Positions 13,200-25,218 of a stretch of DNA of 64,000 nt are shown one piece after another. This DNA comes from Neodothiora populina (Eukaryota): positions 1,364,001-1,428,000 of the forward strand of contig NW_027191404.1 of the NCBI RefSeq assembly GCF_041146345.1, given 5' to 3'. The first letter of the stretch is position 1, and every line of letters starts with the position of its first letter. The notes beneath the pieces were generated by a model. That model did no database searches. It was given only the letters and a program-made list of their open reading frames with translations, and had not been told where the DNA came from. Position numbers and translations under genes: made by a program.

Positions 13200-13689
13200 C
13201 TTCGTGACAAAAGAAAACAATTATAAGTCCGATGTGCACTGGTCTGCTGATGCAGAGCGACCGACGATGGAGGGGCGGCGGGAAGGGTCCAAGGCAATCG
13301 GCGGGCATTTTTCCACAATTGAGTTTACGCCGTTGGCCTGGGGAAACCGTGCGAGGGACATCAGACGTGCGAGTATCACGGCATAAAATCGGGAGATGTC
13401 GCAAAAGATAGTGCACGGGGTATGAAGACGTTGCCGCGAAGGTCCTCATTGAGCTCGAAGACAATGGTGAAAATGTCAAGTAGGATTCATAAATTGCAAC
13501 TTGTGCTTATTTTTTGCTTTAAGCAGCTACAGGAGAAGTCGAAACAACGACGGGGGTATCTATTTGAAACTAGAGGTCCGAAAAATCCCTCTGCAATGAC
13601 GATCTGCAAAACGCTACATCATGAATCTTTAAAACAACGCTCCATTAGTATTTCACCTCATCCGTTGACAATGCATGTTGCAAAGTCAC

Positions 13690-16600
13690 TCAAAGTGACT
13701 CTCCATTCACCAGCATGCTGTCCTCTGTACCAGCTCTCGGAAAACGGGCATTTCTGCGAGAGCGTCGTGGGCGCGCCTCGTCATCAGAATCATTTTCATC
13801 CGAGTTGTAATCTGAAGCTGGACTTGCAAAACCGCTTCCTCCACCTGCGGTAGCAGCCGAGCTCCCTGCTGGAATCTCTTCAGCCCAACGATCAGCCATC
13901 GTAGCATCATACTCGCGTTCGCGAAGACGAACTGACTCCGGGTCGAGTTCACGCGCAGTTGCGAGGAAGTCGACAGAAGCATCGGACTCTGCGTCCTCGT
14001 CATAATCGTTATCGCCGTCTGACTCAACATCGGTTCCATTGCTACTCCAGGGTGCTAATTGCATCGGTTGTGGCACAGCTTGAGGGGCGGTACCGGCACG
14101 CCCGTCTTGTGCAACAGAAACGGGACTGTCGTCGTATTCGTCATCTGACTCGTCAGATTCGTCGAAGTCAATGTAGCACGAGGCCGGAGGCAGCCGCGAA
14201 GGGGGAAGCTCTCTCTGGCGCATTGACAGGACTTCCTTGTGAACTGCAGTACGTCCACTGTGGCATCCTTCATCATGCTCTAAGATCTTCTCGATGCGGT
14301 CTGGATATTTACCAGGAGCAAAGGTTCGATTCGTTTCGGGAGCAAGGTGATCTGTAGCTGCATGTTTGGTCTGGACATTGATGGCGAAGTTATCGGCGGG
14401 AGAGACACCGCCTATTCCTGATGCTTCCAAATCGAAAGGACTGCGTTCCGTGCCTGAAGTGAGTGGCGATTGAGCAGGAAAGTCCAATTCCAACGACGGC
14501 GGGATAGGATTGTCAGCAAGATCCATGGCCTCGGGTAGACTGATGGCGTTGTCCAGTGGACCCTTTTTCTCTGACAGGACACTCTCACGAGTTGGTGGTC
14601 TATTGTCTCCGACAGGTTGCGAAGTTGCAACATGATACATGATTGGATTGTAGTGCATGAGCTCCTCAGTCTTCCTATCGCCGCTGAGATCTGTGCAAAA
14701 CTTCGCGTTGCTGTAGAATATCATAGGTCCACTTTGTCGTTTACGTCCCTTTCTAGGAGACACGTTGTTAATATGCGTACCGCCAGGAGTCAATTGAGGT
14801 GCAGACGACTCCCCCAGCTGAGGACCTGAATCGGAATCAACATAATCCTCGTCATCCGAGGATTCGAAACTACTCTCTTCACTAGTGCGACGAAAGAAGA
14901 GTGGAGTGTACGAGAGTTTGTTCAGCGGCTCTTGTTGATTGTCGTCAGCCTCGGTGGCGGCGTGAGAAATTTTGACCCTTTTTCTGGGTTTCTGTCCGGA
15001 CATCGACGTTGGGAAACTCGACGCTGAATATTCACTGCTTGTACGCACAATGCCCCAGTCGCGACGCCAACGAACTTTGCGACCATCGCTGGAAAGTTCG
15101 AACCTGGTACTGTATTGTTGCAAAGCATCCTTGACAAAATCGATGGTGACGTTGATTGTGTGCAGCTGAGCCATATTCATGAGCAAATTGAGATAAATCC
15201 AACCATGCCCCTCTTCAGGAGAGCGGTCAGAGTAAGCATCGGGTGGCGAAAAACCCAGATGTCGGATGTACTCGATATTCTCCGATGGAAATTGAGCCCT
15301 TTGTGGGTCCAGATCTAATGGCCGAGTTGGACGCTGTTCCACTGTTGCCTCGAGATTAGGCGAGCCTTCATCAGCATTGTCTGGATCAGGGCTCTGTCGC
15401 TTGCCATTGATATTTTTGCGGGATTCGGAAGTCGCACGTCGTGGTGAACCAGTGACTAATGCAGGATTAGACGTTTGTTCCTCCGGGTCTTCGGGATCAG
15501 TATCCATAATGCGCGCTTCTCGACTTCCTTCTGCTGAAGCCTGTTGACCAGTGCCTTCTCTCGCGTTTCGCTCTGCTTTTGCCGCAGATTGTGAAACCTC
15601 CTGTTGTTGCATCGGATGTTGATGTCCAGTTGACTCGGCGCCTTTGCCAGAAAAAATCTGCTCGAGACGGCGAACGACAAGCTTTTGCTTTGCTTTCTCA
15701 CTCATGTTCGCGGTATGTCTGGGTAGAAGGTTTTGAGGAATTTCGTCGAGGTATGAGTGTATGTTGTGATGCCTGGCGAGCGCGGTGGTCTGAAATGGAT
15801 TCTTCCGTCCACTCGCCGATGCAGATTGAGCGGACGAGCCATGGCCAGATGCAGAGGCGGACGCGTAGGCGGAGTCGTTGAAGTTGGATGCCTTGGACGA
15901 GACGTGCGGCACAAGTCCTGGGACAGAATTGCCGAGGGTTGTACCGGTAGAGGTCGAGGATGGCCCGCCAATAACGCCAGTCGCTCGTGTCTGCTCATTA
16001 CTCATTTCAACAGTGAATTTGCGGAGCATGTCTTCCAATTGCTTCTTTTTATGTGCAGACAGGCCATGAACACGGACTTCGAAAAGCTTGTCCTTGTTTA
16101 GATGGGCGTCCTGTAGAGTCTCGTATTTCTTCAACCTCCTCTTCAATTTTCTATTTTGAATAGTAAGATCATCAATAACACTACGGAATTCATCCGTGCT
16201 GCTGCCATCACCACCCATCATAGCGTGGGCATGATGAAGGTTTTGAGCATTCAGCTTTGCAACACCCATTCCAGGATGTTGTGGGGAGGTTTTCTCTTCC
16301 GATGAGGAATGTTGGAGAAAGAAAGGTGGATCGTCTGCCACGAGTTAGACAATCATGCTAGACCCTCTGCACGTCCGTGTATGAGCTTACTGTCATCTAG
16401 ATCGGCGTTGTGAGCAGCGGCGTCGTTGTTGGAATTGTCAAACCACTTGTCGGCATTGCTACTTTCTCCAGAATCATCCTTCGACACCAGAGGTCTTGAC
16501 TGAGAAGATGACTTGTCGTTGCTTGCTGAGATGCTGTTGTCACTGCTCTGATCACTTCTGTCCTTCATACCATCTGGCGCTGTGTCACAAGGGTCGGCGT

Positions 16601-16733
16601 CATGGTTCCATGTTTGCTGTAGGGGCGACGCTGGTTTTCCGACCCTAGGCGAATGAAGCAGGGACACCGACATGTGCGCCGGTGGCCTACGAGGGTGGAC
16701 CGGACGCAGGTGTTTGTCCGGGGAGCTATCCAT
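13690..16733 (-). CDS. frq: Circadian clock protein FREQUENCY (995 aa predicted)
   Basis: Exons 16733-16391 and 16334-13690; intron GTAAGC...CTAAC...CAG. FRQ hallmarks: coiled coil FRSVIDDLTIQNRKLKRRLKKY, LFEVRVHGL, KLVVRRLEQIFSG, EQRPTRPLDLDP, GWIYLNLLMNMAQLHTINVT, LSSDGRKVRW, and tail SSAATAGGGSGF. Confidence 0.96.
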
Positions 16734-18467
16734 TGTAGATGTGCCGATAGTAATCAGACTGTTCTACCTAATTGGCTGGACTTCCATCCGAGCAAGTAAT
16801 AGGGCAAACGATTCGTAGTGTAAAGAAAATTGTACAGGTTACGGGTCGATCTTTGAGGAAAGGTGCAGCATGATGTTCCGTGGTGACGGGTATGCGAAAT
16901 TGATGATTGCTAAATGAATAGGAAATGCTAGGAGAGTGGTTTGAAGGAAAAATGCATGATGCAACAGACCGGGGGGGCTCAAAGAGTGATACACGAAAGC
17001 GAGCCTTTACCAGAGGCCTTCTCTATCGTCGACCGTGAGGTAGATCGAGCATTGCATCAAACGGTAGAATCATGGAGGCAAGTACCAAAAGGGGAAACCT
17101 ACAAGCATAGAACAGAACAGAAATTCCGTGTAGGAAGCGCGCATCGTGGTAACGCTGAGGCATCGCCAGTCTATCATCTGGTAATCGCTTTTCTCGATCC
17201 GTACGGATTTCAGTTGCTTTGTGGATCGGAGAAGAATTGTTGGCCAGTCGCTCTATTCTCAGCCTTGACTGGACCCTGTGATCTTTGACCCGTGCAGGGC
17301 CTAGATCGACCCTAGGGTCGACATGACGTACTGAGTCCACTTGCCGTTAGGACGCTTTGCCCAGAATGCTGCCATCCGTACGGAGTACTCTCTATCGACA
17401 TACCTTACTGCGATCTATTGATGATCTCGATTGGTATCCTCCTGCTCTTATCATATACGTCGTCCTGGGTAGCTGCATCGCAGCATACGCAAGCCCACTG
17501 CATAATTACTTTGCCATAGCACACAGCAGCGGTGCGCACATGTAAGGGGAAGTTCTTCGCTTAATTGGACATAGAGATCCACTTCTTGCGAAACTCGTGT
17601 ACCAACAGCGACAGCCCCACTGGTATGAAGCCCGTCATCAGCAACGACCAAAGGGTAAGGGTTCGGCAGACTAAGCGGTGGGAACACGTGACCTGACATA
17701 ACTTTCCCCTACCTTCCCCCAAACGATCGGCTTCCAATCGAACCTTGCATCGACGATCATCTTTTGTTATGAGGTTTCTACGTTTTGCTTTTGAGCTTGT
17801 TGCTCGCGATGCAGCTGTCTTCAGGCTGCTAAGCATGTTAGCATCATGTATTCAACTGCCTGTTCGCGTTCCGCTTCCTGAGCGACGCGTGCCTATTCCC
17901 GAACCAGTACCCACTATGAACACCTGTATTGGGCCTGGGCCTGGCATCAACAGGGAAATGACCACACTAATCAATGACCGCAATCTACTCGCCGTGTCCT
18001 GTGCCAAAGGTAAGAGTCAGGCCAACAACCACCCTCCCTGATCGCCTGTCCGCCAAAATAGAAGGGATTCAGGAACTCCCAGCTGTGCAGCAACCTTGTA
18101 CCGACTAGTCTGGCAACGTTCCGTACTCAGCGCTAGATCACCACCCCAAACATGTCACACATGCGGGCACTACGCTCGTCTGTTCCCGTCCATTGCGAAC
18201 ATGGTGGCTGGCAGACGTGGAAAGATTGTCACTTTGCCTCGTGGCAGGCGCTATTGACCATGTCGATCTTTCTTTTGTATATTACATTTCTTTTAGGCTC
18301 ATTGCACAGAGTATTACTAAAGTAGGCACCACACCTTACTGACATGCATACTGCAGCAATTTGAGGCTATTCTGCTAGGCGTGATAGGACCACGGAGTCT
18401 GTACATAATGTACAGCACATGTTGATCCGCCCAAGATTTTCATCAAGGATACCAGCACCATTGGCAC

Positions 18468-18524
18468 CATCATCATCATCATCACCAGCAGCAGCAGCGG
18501 CAGCGGCAGCAGCATCAGCATCAT
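18468..18524. repeat. Compound trinucleotide microsatellite (CAT)5 CAC (CAG/CGG/CAT)n
   Basis: Read directly: catcatcatcatcatcaccagcagcagcagcggcagcggcagcagcatcagcatcat. Confidence 0.85.
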
Positions 18525-19799
18525 CGTTGCAGTAATTAGCCCAAGCCACCGTTGAGAGGACCCGGACGTGGGGACGCTTTGATGCGAACGCACACAAGAC
18601 ACCACGGGACCACTTTCGCAATCGCCGATGGAATCGAATTGGGGATGCGGGCTTCCACACCTTAACAGAGGAATGGCTTTCCTATACAAATAGCATGTCA
18701 CCCGGTATGACATAATTGGATCTGCCTTACCCACCCTTTACCTACGCCTTCTATTCGGTTTACACCGCACTTGTGGCACGTACAGGCCAGACTCTCGAGT
18801 GCAATCGTGGAAGTGTGTGAGATCTATCCAAGAGAGTCACCAGGGTCCACCTTTAATTCTGTTCGGTACAAATCATACAGTTTCCAATATGGGTCATGTA
18901 AGTGTTGTGGTCGAAGGTGGACCACGCTTTTACCGCACGCTCCATGGTTCATCCTTCGGCACTACGATCTACGCGAGCCTTTCATTACCAGCATCACCTG
19001 TGCGCTGAACTTGTCTAATGACGACGTTTCCATTTGACACAATACTGGCCCATCCAGAAATCACTGTTGTGTTGCTGTAGCACATTTGGTTTATGGTTCT
19101 GTTGATCAGGCGGTGTGATTGGCATATCTCGCGGAAACTTCTAGCCGAGTAGAGAGACAAAGCCTCGCGCCGCTTATGCGCTGTCGTGGTACCTGACAGT
19201 ACCTGAAATCCGACCCTGACATCAGCTTGTTTCGTGTGATCTGTGATCCGGATCGAGAACTCGGCGCTTGCTCGTTGTTGGGAGAGAGGGGATGACACAC
19301 TACGTCGCTGTCTAACCATTGCTCCTTCTCCTATAGGTTTGACCCGAGAGATACTGTACACCGGTAGGCAGATAGGAAGGTAGGTCTCGGGCAAGCAAAG
19401 CGTGTTGATGGCATGTCATGAGGGAACTACAAGCATACACACATGCTGTCTCTCTCCGACACTCACTCTGTTGCTCCCTCTCCCTCGCTTATATGCACGC
19501 AACCACGCTGTCGCATTAACGAAGGCTGTCCGAACCGGCCGAGACGGCATGCTATCGCGACGCAACTTTTCTTTTCGATTCCTCTTGACTAGGCGCTGTA
19601 GTAAGTGCAGTCTATACCCACTGTTTCTATTCAAACTCTCGTTACATCGTCCCAATCGTTCACCTACAGTCTGCTCGGTTGCCTGAAAAGCATGCAATGT
19701 GGATACATTCCATCCTGCCAATATCAGAACGCAATATCTTTCAGCGATCCCTTATCTTTTTCTTTTTCCAGTCCCGTCATAGCGCCCACTGCGAGCAAA

Positions 19800-22700
19800 T
19801 CAACCGTAATTGAAAGGATTTCTGCAAAGCGGGCAGGTCGAGGCATTGCTGGTCTTGAACCACTTGAACAGACACGAGCTGTGAAACAGATTCTTGCAGG
19901 TCAAGCAGCGCTTGCTGGGTAATTGCTTGTCGCCGCTGATGATCGAGTAGCAGATCGCGCACTCGGTCTGGCCCTTGAGGGCGCCTGTGACGTTTTTGCG
20001 CCAGGTCGAGAGGCCGTCGATAAGGTTACCGTTCTGATTTTCGTGATAATGTCAGTTTCGTGGTTCTTTTTCTTTCTTGAGATGTTGTGGAGTGAAGGAC
20101 GACAGTCAGAAGCAGGGAGGGATGGAGAAAAGAAAACTTACACTGAACGTGATGACACCCTGGCAATTCCTCAGCCAACTCTGCCACTTTCGATCGTCCA
20201 CTGCAACTCGGTTGACGCCTTCGACCTTGGCGCCGCTGAGAGGATAGTCTTCCGGCAGCCGGACCACAATGGCCATGGTCTGTTCGTCGACGAGGTATCC
20301 CACGTTGACTTCCCTGCTGCGCATCGACACCTTGACAGTCAGATTCTCGAAGTCCGGATCGTCCTTGGCGGATGTCGCTGACCATTCCACTACTGAGCTC
20401 AGTGACTCGTTGATGATCACTGGGGAAATGTACTTGGCTGTCCATGATTCGACGGCGAGAGAGGTTTGACGCGCCTTGATGCCGAGGTAGTGTGACTTGG
20501 TCAGACTGGGTAGATTCGAGATGCATTGGTAGAACAAGTGCGCCAGCAGCCACTGCAGGCGCTTGTCCGCCTTGAGCTCGGTCTCGTAAGAGGCGTCGTC
20601 TTGCTCGCTGTAGTCGTAGTGTACAACGTCGTACTTGGACACATCGGCCGGCTTGCCGCGGGTATGCCCTAGCAGAGCATAAGTGAGATCTAGAAGATCA
20701 GGAAGGCTGTCTGCCTTCTTGAGACTTTCGATGTAGTCTGATTTGACTTTGTAGCTTGCGTTGCTGAAGTGGTCGAAGACAAGCTGCCAGCTGTATAGAT
20801 AGCCCTGCAGCTCGAGAGGGATCTCTTGCTTGAGAGCAGGGACGTCGATGTCGTCGAGCGCTGGGGCTTTCATGACCAGCGACAGCAGCTCGTCAGGTAG
20901 CTGTGCGGTCTTCTTCTCCAGCGCTGCATCGAATGAGATTTGCTCCTGGAGACTAGGGATGTAAGTGTGCAGGATGTTGAATGCCGTCTTCTGCAGGGGT
21001 CGTGATTCAGCATAGAGGAGAGGATAGAGCTCTTCGGCCTCTTCGAGCTCGACTCTCTGGAGCTTGCTCAACTCCTGTGCCAGTAGCTCAAAGGTCGCAG
21101 TGAGCGGGAGGTAGTCTGCGTCGGGCACGGTGTTGCTGGCTTTGAGCAGAGAAACCAGACCACGATATGCCGCATCCTCATGCTCTTTCCAGGATTCGAC
21201 AAGGTCGTCATTAGGGTCCTCACTATCCTTTAGAATTCTAAGTACGCCATATAGACGTAGCGCACCGTACATGAGCGCCATGCGACTGTGGTCGAGGGTT
21301 TCGGTTTCCACGTCCGCGAAGCCTTGAGACCAGGCACTGACGATGAAGTTCAAGATCTGGTTCCAATGTTCGCCATACATGTCGCTGATACCGGGGAGTA
21401 GAACAGATAGCAAGTTGCATGTCTCAGACTTGATGTTAGTCAGTATGGCTGGCTCCTCGAGCCATAGCAGTAGGTGCTTCATCAGGAAGATCATGCGCTG
21501 CTTAGCGATCAAGCCGTCGATGTGTCGATTCGCAAGAAGTGAATTGAGCATGACGAGCATGCTGAGCGCCTTTTCTGGCGGACTCTCCATGCTGAGACCG
21601 GTAAGGTCCGCAACGAGTTCGTTCGTCTGTCTGTCCAGCTTCTTGCTCGTGCTGAGGCTCTCGTGCAGCGCGGCGGCACATGCAGCAAACGGCATGACTT
21701 GCTTGGTCTTGTACAGCTGCAAGGCAAGATCTTCGTACTCTTGGACTTTGCCATGTGTGCTTCCATGCGCCGCTTGCAATTCGGCCAACGCATCACCCAG
21801 TGCCTCGGCACTGTGATATGCAAGAGGCCCAGCGCTCTTCGCATCCTCAAACAGAGCGTCGATTGCAAAACCAACGAACCCGTAGTTAGAAGATGAAATG
21901 TCGTCGTAGTTGAAGAAACAATCGGAGACAAGATGCACAATCTCGCCCTGCAATTTGCTTACAGGAATATCAAGTTCGTTGTCTGGTATGGAAGCCAACC
22001 CGGAAGGTCCACGCGCGTTCACACCGTCTTGCAATAGAGTGTTAGTGAGGGCGAAAAGCTTGAATAATTCAATCTGTGATTGAGGGCTGAGCTTTTGCAA
22101 CAAGTCTTGGTTGGAGAAGATCTTCGATGTATAGAGCGCAAAGCGCAAGGCCTGTGAGAAACCTTCCGCATCGCGGTGAATGGCTTTCGAAGCAGGTGAC
22201 TCTGCCGGCTGTACAAGGTAGACGCTACCACCTATCATGCTCGTGATTGCCTGAGATGCGGGAGGCGGTCGTGAGAGGAATGGTGATAATGATTCCTCCC
22301 AGATGATCAGGTCCGGAAGTGCCTGGTCTGCGATGTTTTCCTTCGCGTGTTCATCGTTTGTTTCATCGATCAACTTGGTGGCCATTTCGAGAACAGAGCT
22401 GATGGGAAGGGAGTCTGCAGAAACATGGTTGAGACTCTGGTGTACGACATCGAACAAGATAGCCTGAGACGAGCTCTTGTCTGCATCATCGACAATGCGC
22501 TTGCTCACGCTGGTTGCCTTCTGGGAAATGGTCTCATCCGGCGACTCCCGCAAATGCAGTAGATTTGGCAGAAGCTGGCCACCTTCGGGTTGAGCGATGA
22601 ATGCCTTCAAAGACTCTCTATTACCAGCAGAGATCTCATCCAGACCTTGTAACGCCGATGCTGCTCTGTCGGAAATTGACAACGAGGCTGTCAGATCAGC

Positions 22701-24809
22701 CAATATCGTAACGCTAGTGTCTGTCGTTGCCACACTTGGTGCGCGACGAAACATTCCCGCGACGAAGGCCCAATGCTCCCCTGAACCAATAGTTAATTCA
22801 TATTGCTGCTTCAGGAAATTCTGAATCTCCTGGTTTTGGGAGGCAAGATCTGCGACAGCTTGGCCTCGGGAAGCCGAAAGCAGTTTCCTGAGCGCGTCGA
22901 GCTTCTCAGGGGAGTCAGGGGCGTCGGTCAATGCGCTTGCGACATTGTTCCAAGCTTCTGTAAACGTGGCGTGTGTCTGGTAATGGTAGATTAGCGAGAA
23001 TAATTGACGTTGAGATGGCGAGAAGAGGAACTGAGGAAGCTCTTCGAGCACGAACGCGGAAATAATGCTGTGAGTTTCTTGGTCGCCAATAACCATCTCG
23101 CTGCAGTGGCGAACGAGCTCATCGACAACGGCAGCCGCACCATAGGGCTTTCCGTTGCGCGAACGCAACAGTTGAAAAGCTTCAAGTATGATCTGTCGAA
23201 GCGCAGTCTCGAAGACTTCACGAAGCGACGCAGGCAACTTGTCGTTGGCACGTAATAACTCGGATTGGAGGAGGGCCCATCTCTCGCCGGCTTGAGCTAC
23301 AGCAATCTGTGATTTGTCAAAGTCTTTCGAGCGCTCCGGAGCTGAAGTCTTCATATCCTCGATCAGGCCTGCAGCGTAGATTGACCACTTTTTCTCGAGT
23401 ATCGAAGGCACTTGACTGATCAAAGTCACCTTGGCTACTACCCATGCAGTCTTGGCACCGAAGACGGACCATTTAGATGTGTCTGGACAAGGTTTGAGAT
23501 ATTGCTGAACAACGGGCAATACCATTTCTTCGAGGATAGAATTCGACTCATCCTGAGAAAGTGTTGACTGAGCGATCAAGAGACTGACCACCCTGAAATA
23601 GGTGTCCCAAGCTGTGGATGCGTTGAAGCGCTCCTCTCTGGTGGAAAGACCATCGTGTAAAGAAGTGAGGAATTTTATAATCTCGGGACGTTGTTGGGGC
23701 CAGATTTCACTGGGGATCTTGGAGAATAGTAGCCACAGTGTGGTCCAGTATTCAGCCGATCCGGTTTGCGATCCCTTTTTCAAGCTCTGTCTCAGCCTTT
23801 CTACCGAAGCTTTCTTGCCGGTGTAGCTCGACGTCCACGCATGCGGGAATGCATCAGTTAGAGCGACTAAAGTTTGCAGCAGATCCAGGGCCGAGCCGGT
23901 CTGGTCGGCAGGTAGGGCCTTATCGATGTAAGCCTTGCTGACCCGCTTCAAGTTGGCCTGCACTGATGTCCGCTGCTTGGCCAGGTACGCTCTCAAGAGT
24001 CTATGCACATATCTTCGTACAGTGACGTCTTTGTAAGCAGCTAACTCCCAGATCTTGTCCTCGGCTACTACGGCAGTGTATTTGTCTTGCTGTTTCTCGG
24101 TCTCGTCGGACGGAAGGTCTCTCAAGAGATTGGTGATTACGGCCACGCTGGTCGCAATGACCCGTGAGTAGGTGGCCTGCGCATCCTCTGCGCTCACGAC
24201 TCTTTCATCGCTGAGACTCTGTACGGATTCATTCAAGATGGCGTCTCGACAGTAGTCCAGGATCTGCGGCTGGAAGGCCTTGCTGACACCCTGAAGCTTT
24301 TCCGATGAGTTGAAGACCTGTTTGAGAGCGTCCTGGGCGGCTTTTGCCACTCCTTTGTCTCCGTCTTGCGCACCAGCCAGCCACGGTCCAGAAATGGTCG
24401 CCATGTGTTTCGCTATCCTCTTTCCACACTTGGTCGCGATATGTCCCAGCACAACGTGAGCCAATTGGCGAACACGACGAGCGCTGTCAATGGACAGACG
24501 AGGGTATAGTTTGATCCAGGCATCCAGCACTGCCTCTTCTACGTGCTGCTCCGGAGCAGTGCCATAGTTCTGTAGGTCTTCCAGTGCTTTGGTCTTGGTG
24601 GTACTGTCTTTCTTGCTGAGGTTCTTGAAGGAGACGGCGACATTGGGGTCTGAGATTGTGGACAGATCTGGGGGTTCGGCGATCCAGGAAAGAGGGGACG
24701 AAGAGCCAAAGGACGATGATGCTCCTCCGAAACTTCCTCCAAATGATGCGCCAGCACCAAATGCTGCGCGGTTGCTGCTGGCCTGTGATCGGAACTGTTT
24801 CTTACTCAT
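19800..24809 (-). CDS. RKR1: E3 ubiquitin ligase listerin (ribosome quality control)
   Basis: Exons 24809-20142 and 20033-19800; intron GTAAGT...CAG. N-terminal NLSKKDSTTKTKALEDL, then HEAT-like body and RWD region (LPEDYPL). Exon 2 carries the RING ECAICYSIISGDKQLPSKRCLTCKNLFHSSCLFKWFKTSNASTCPLCR. Also called LTN1. Confidence 0.96.
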
Positions 24810-25218
24810 CTTGTAATCGTTTTAGTGGGGTTTGGAGTGTTCGTTAAGGTATTCAGACATGAGAGTCAAGATGCAAGGCAGACATGAGAATATATAGCAA
24901 TCGATCTATACAGCGAAGACTCCAAAAGACACACAGAGCGACAAGCTAAATGCAGGCGAAGGGGCAGTCGGTTTATTGCAATAATATCTTACCTGTATAC
25001 ACGGAAGAAAGATGTGGTGTGTTTTGTCCAATCACCTACGTCACTTTCGATTGACCCGCACTAGTCCCCTTCGGGCAATGTCAAGTGGCTGCCATCACCA
25101 TCTGCCATCTGCAGGTCTTGGCGATCCGCGATTCTCGAGCACATTATCAATAAACGACATCTTAGGCCCTGCCTCTTTTCTCTGCTTCATCGCGCCTCGC
25201 TAGGTGCGCATCGCCACA

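Noticed and set aside
17306..17321. Perfect 16-bp palindrome TCGACCCTAGGGTCGA upstream of frq
   Set aside because: About one such palindrome is expected by chance in 64 kb (64000/4^8), so it is not significant alone.
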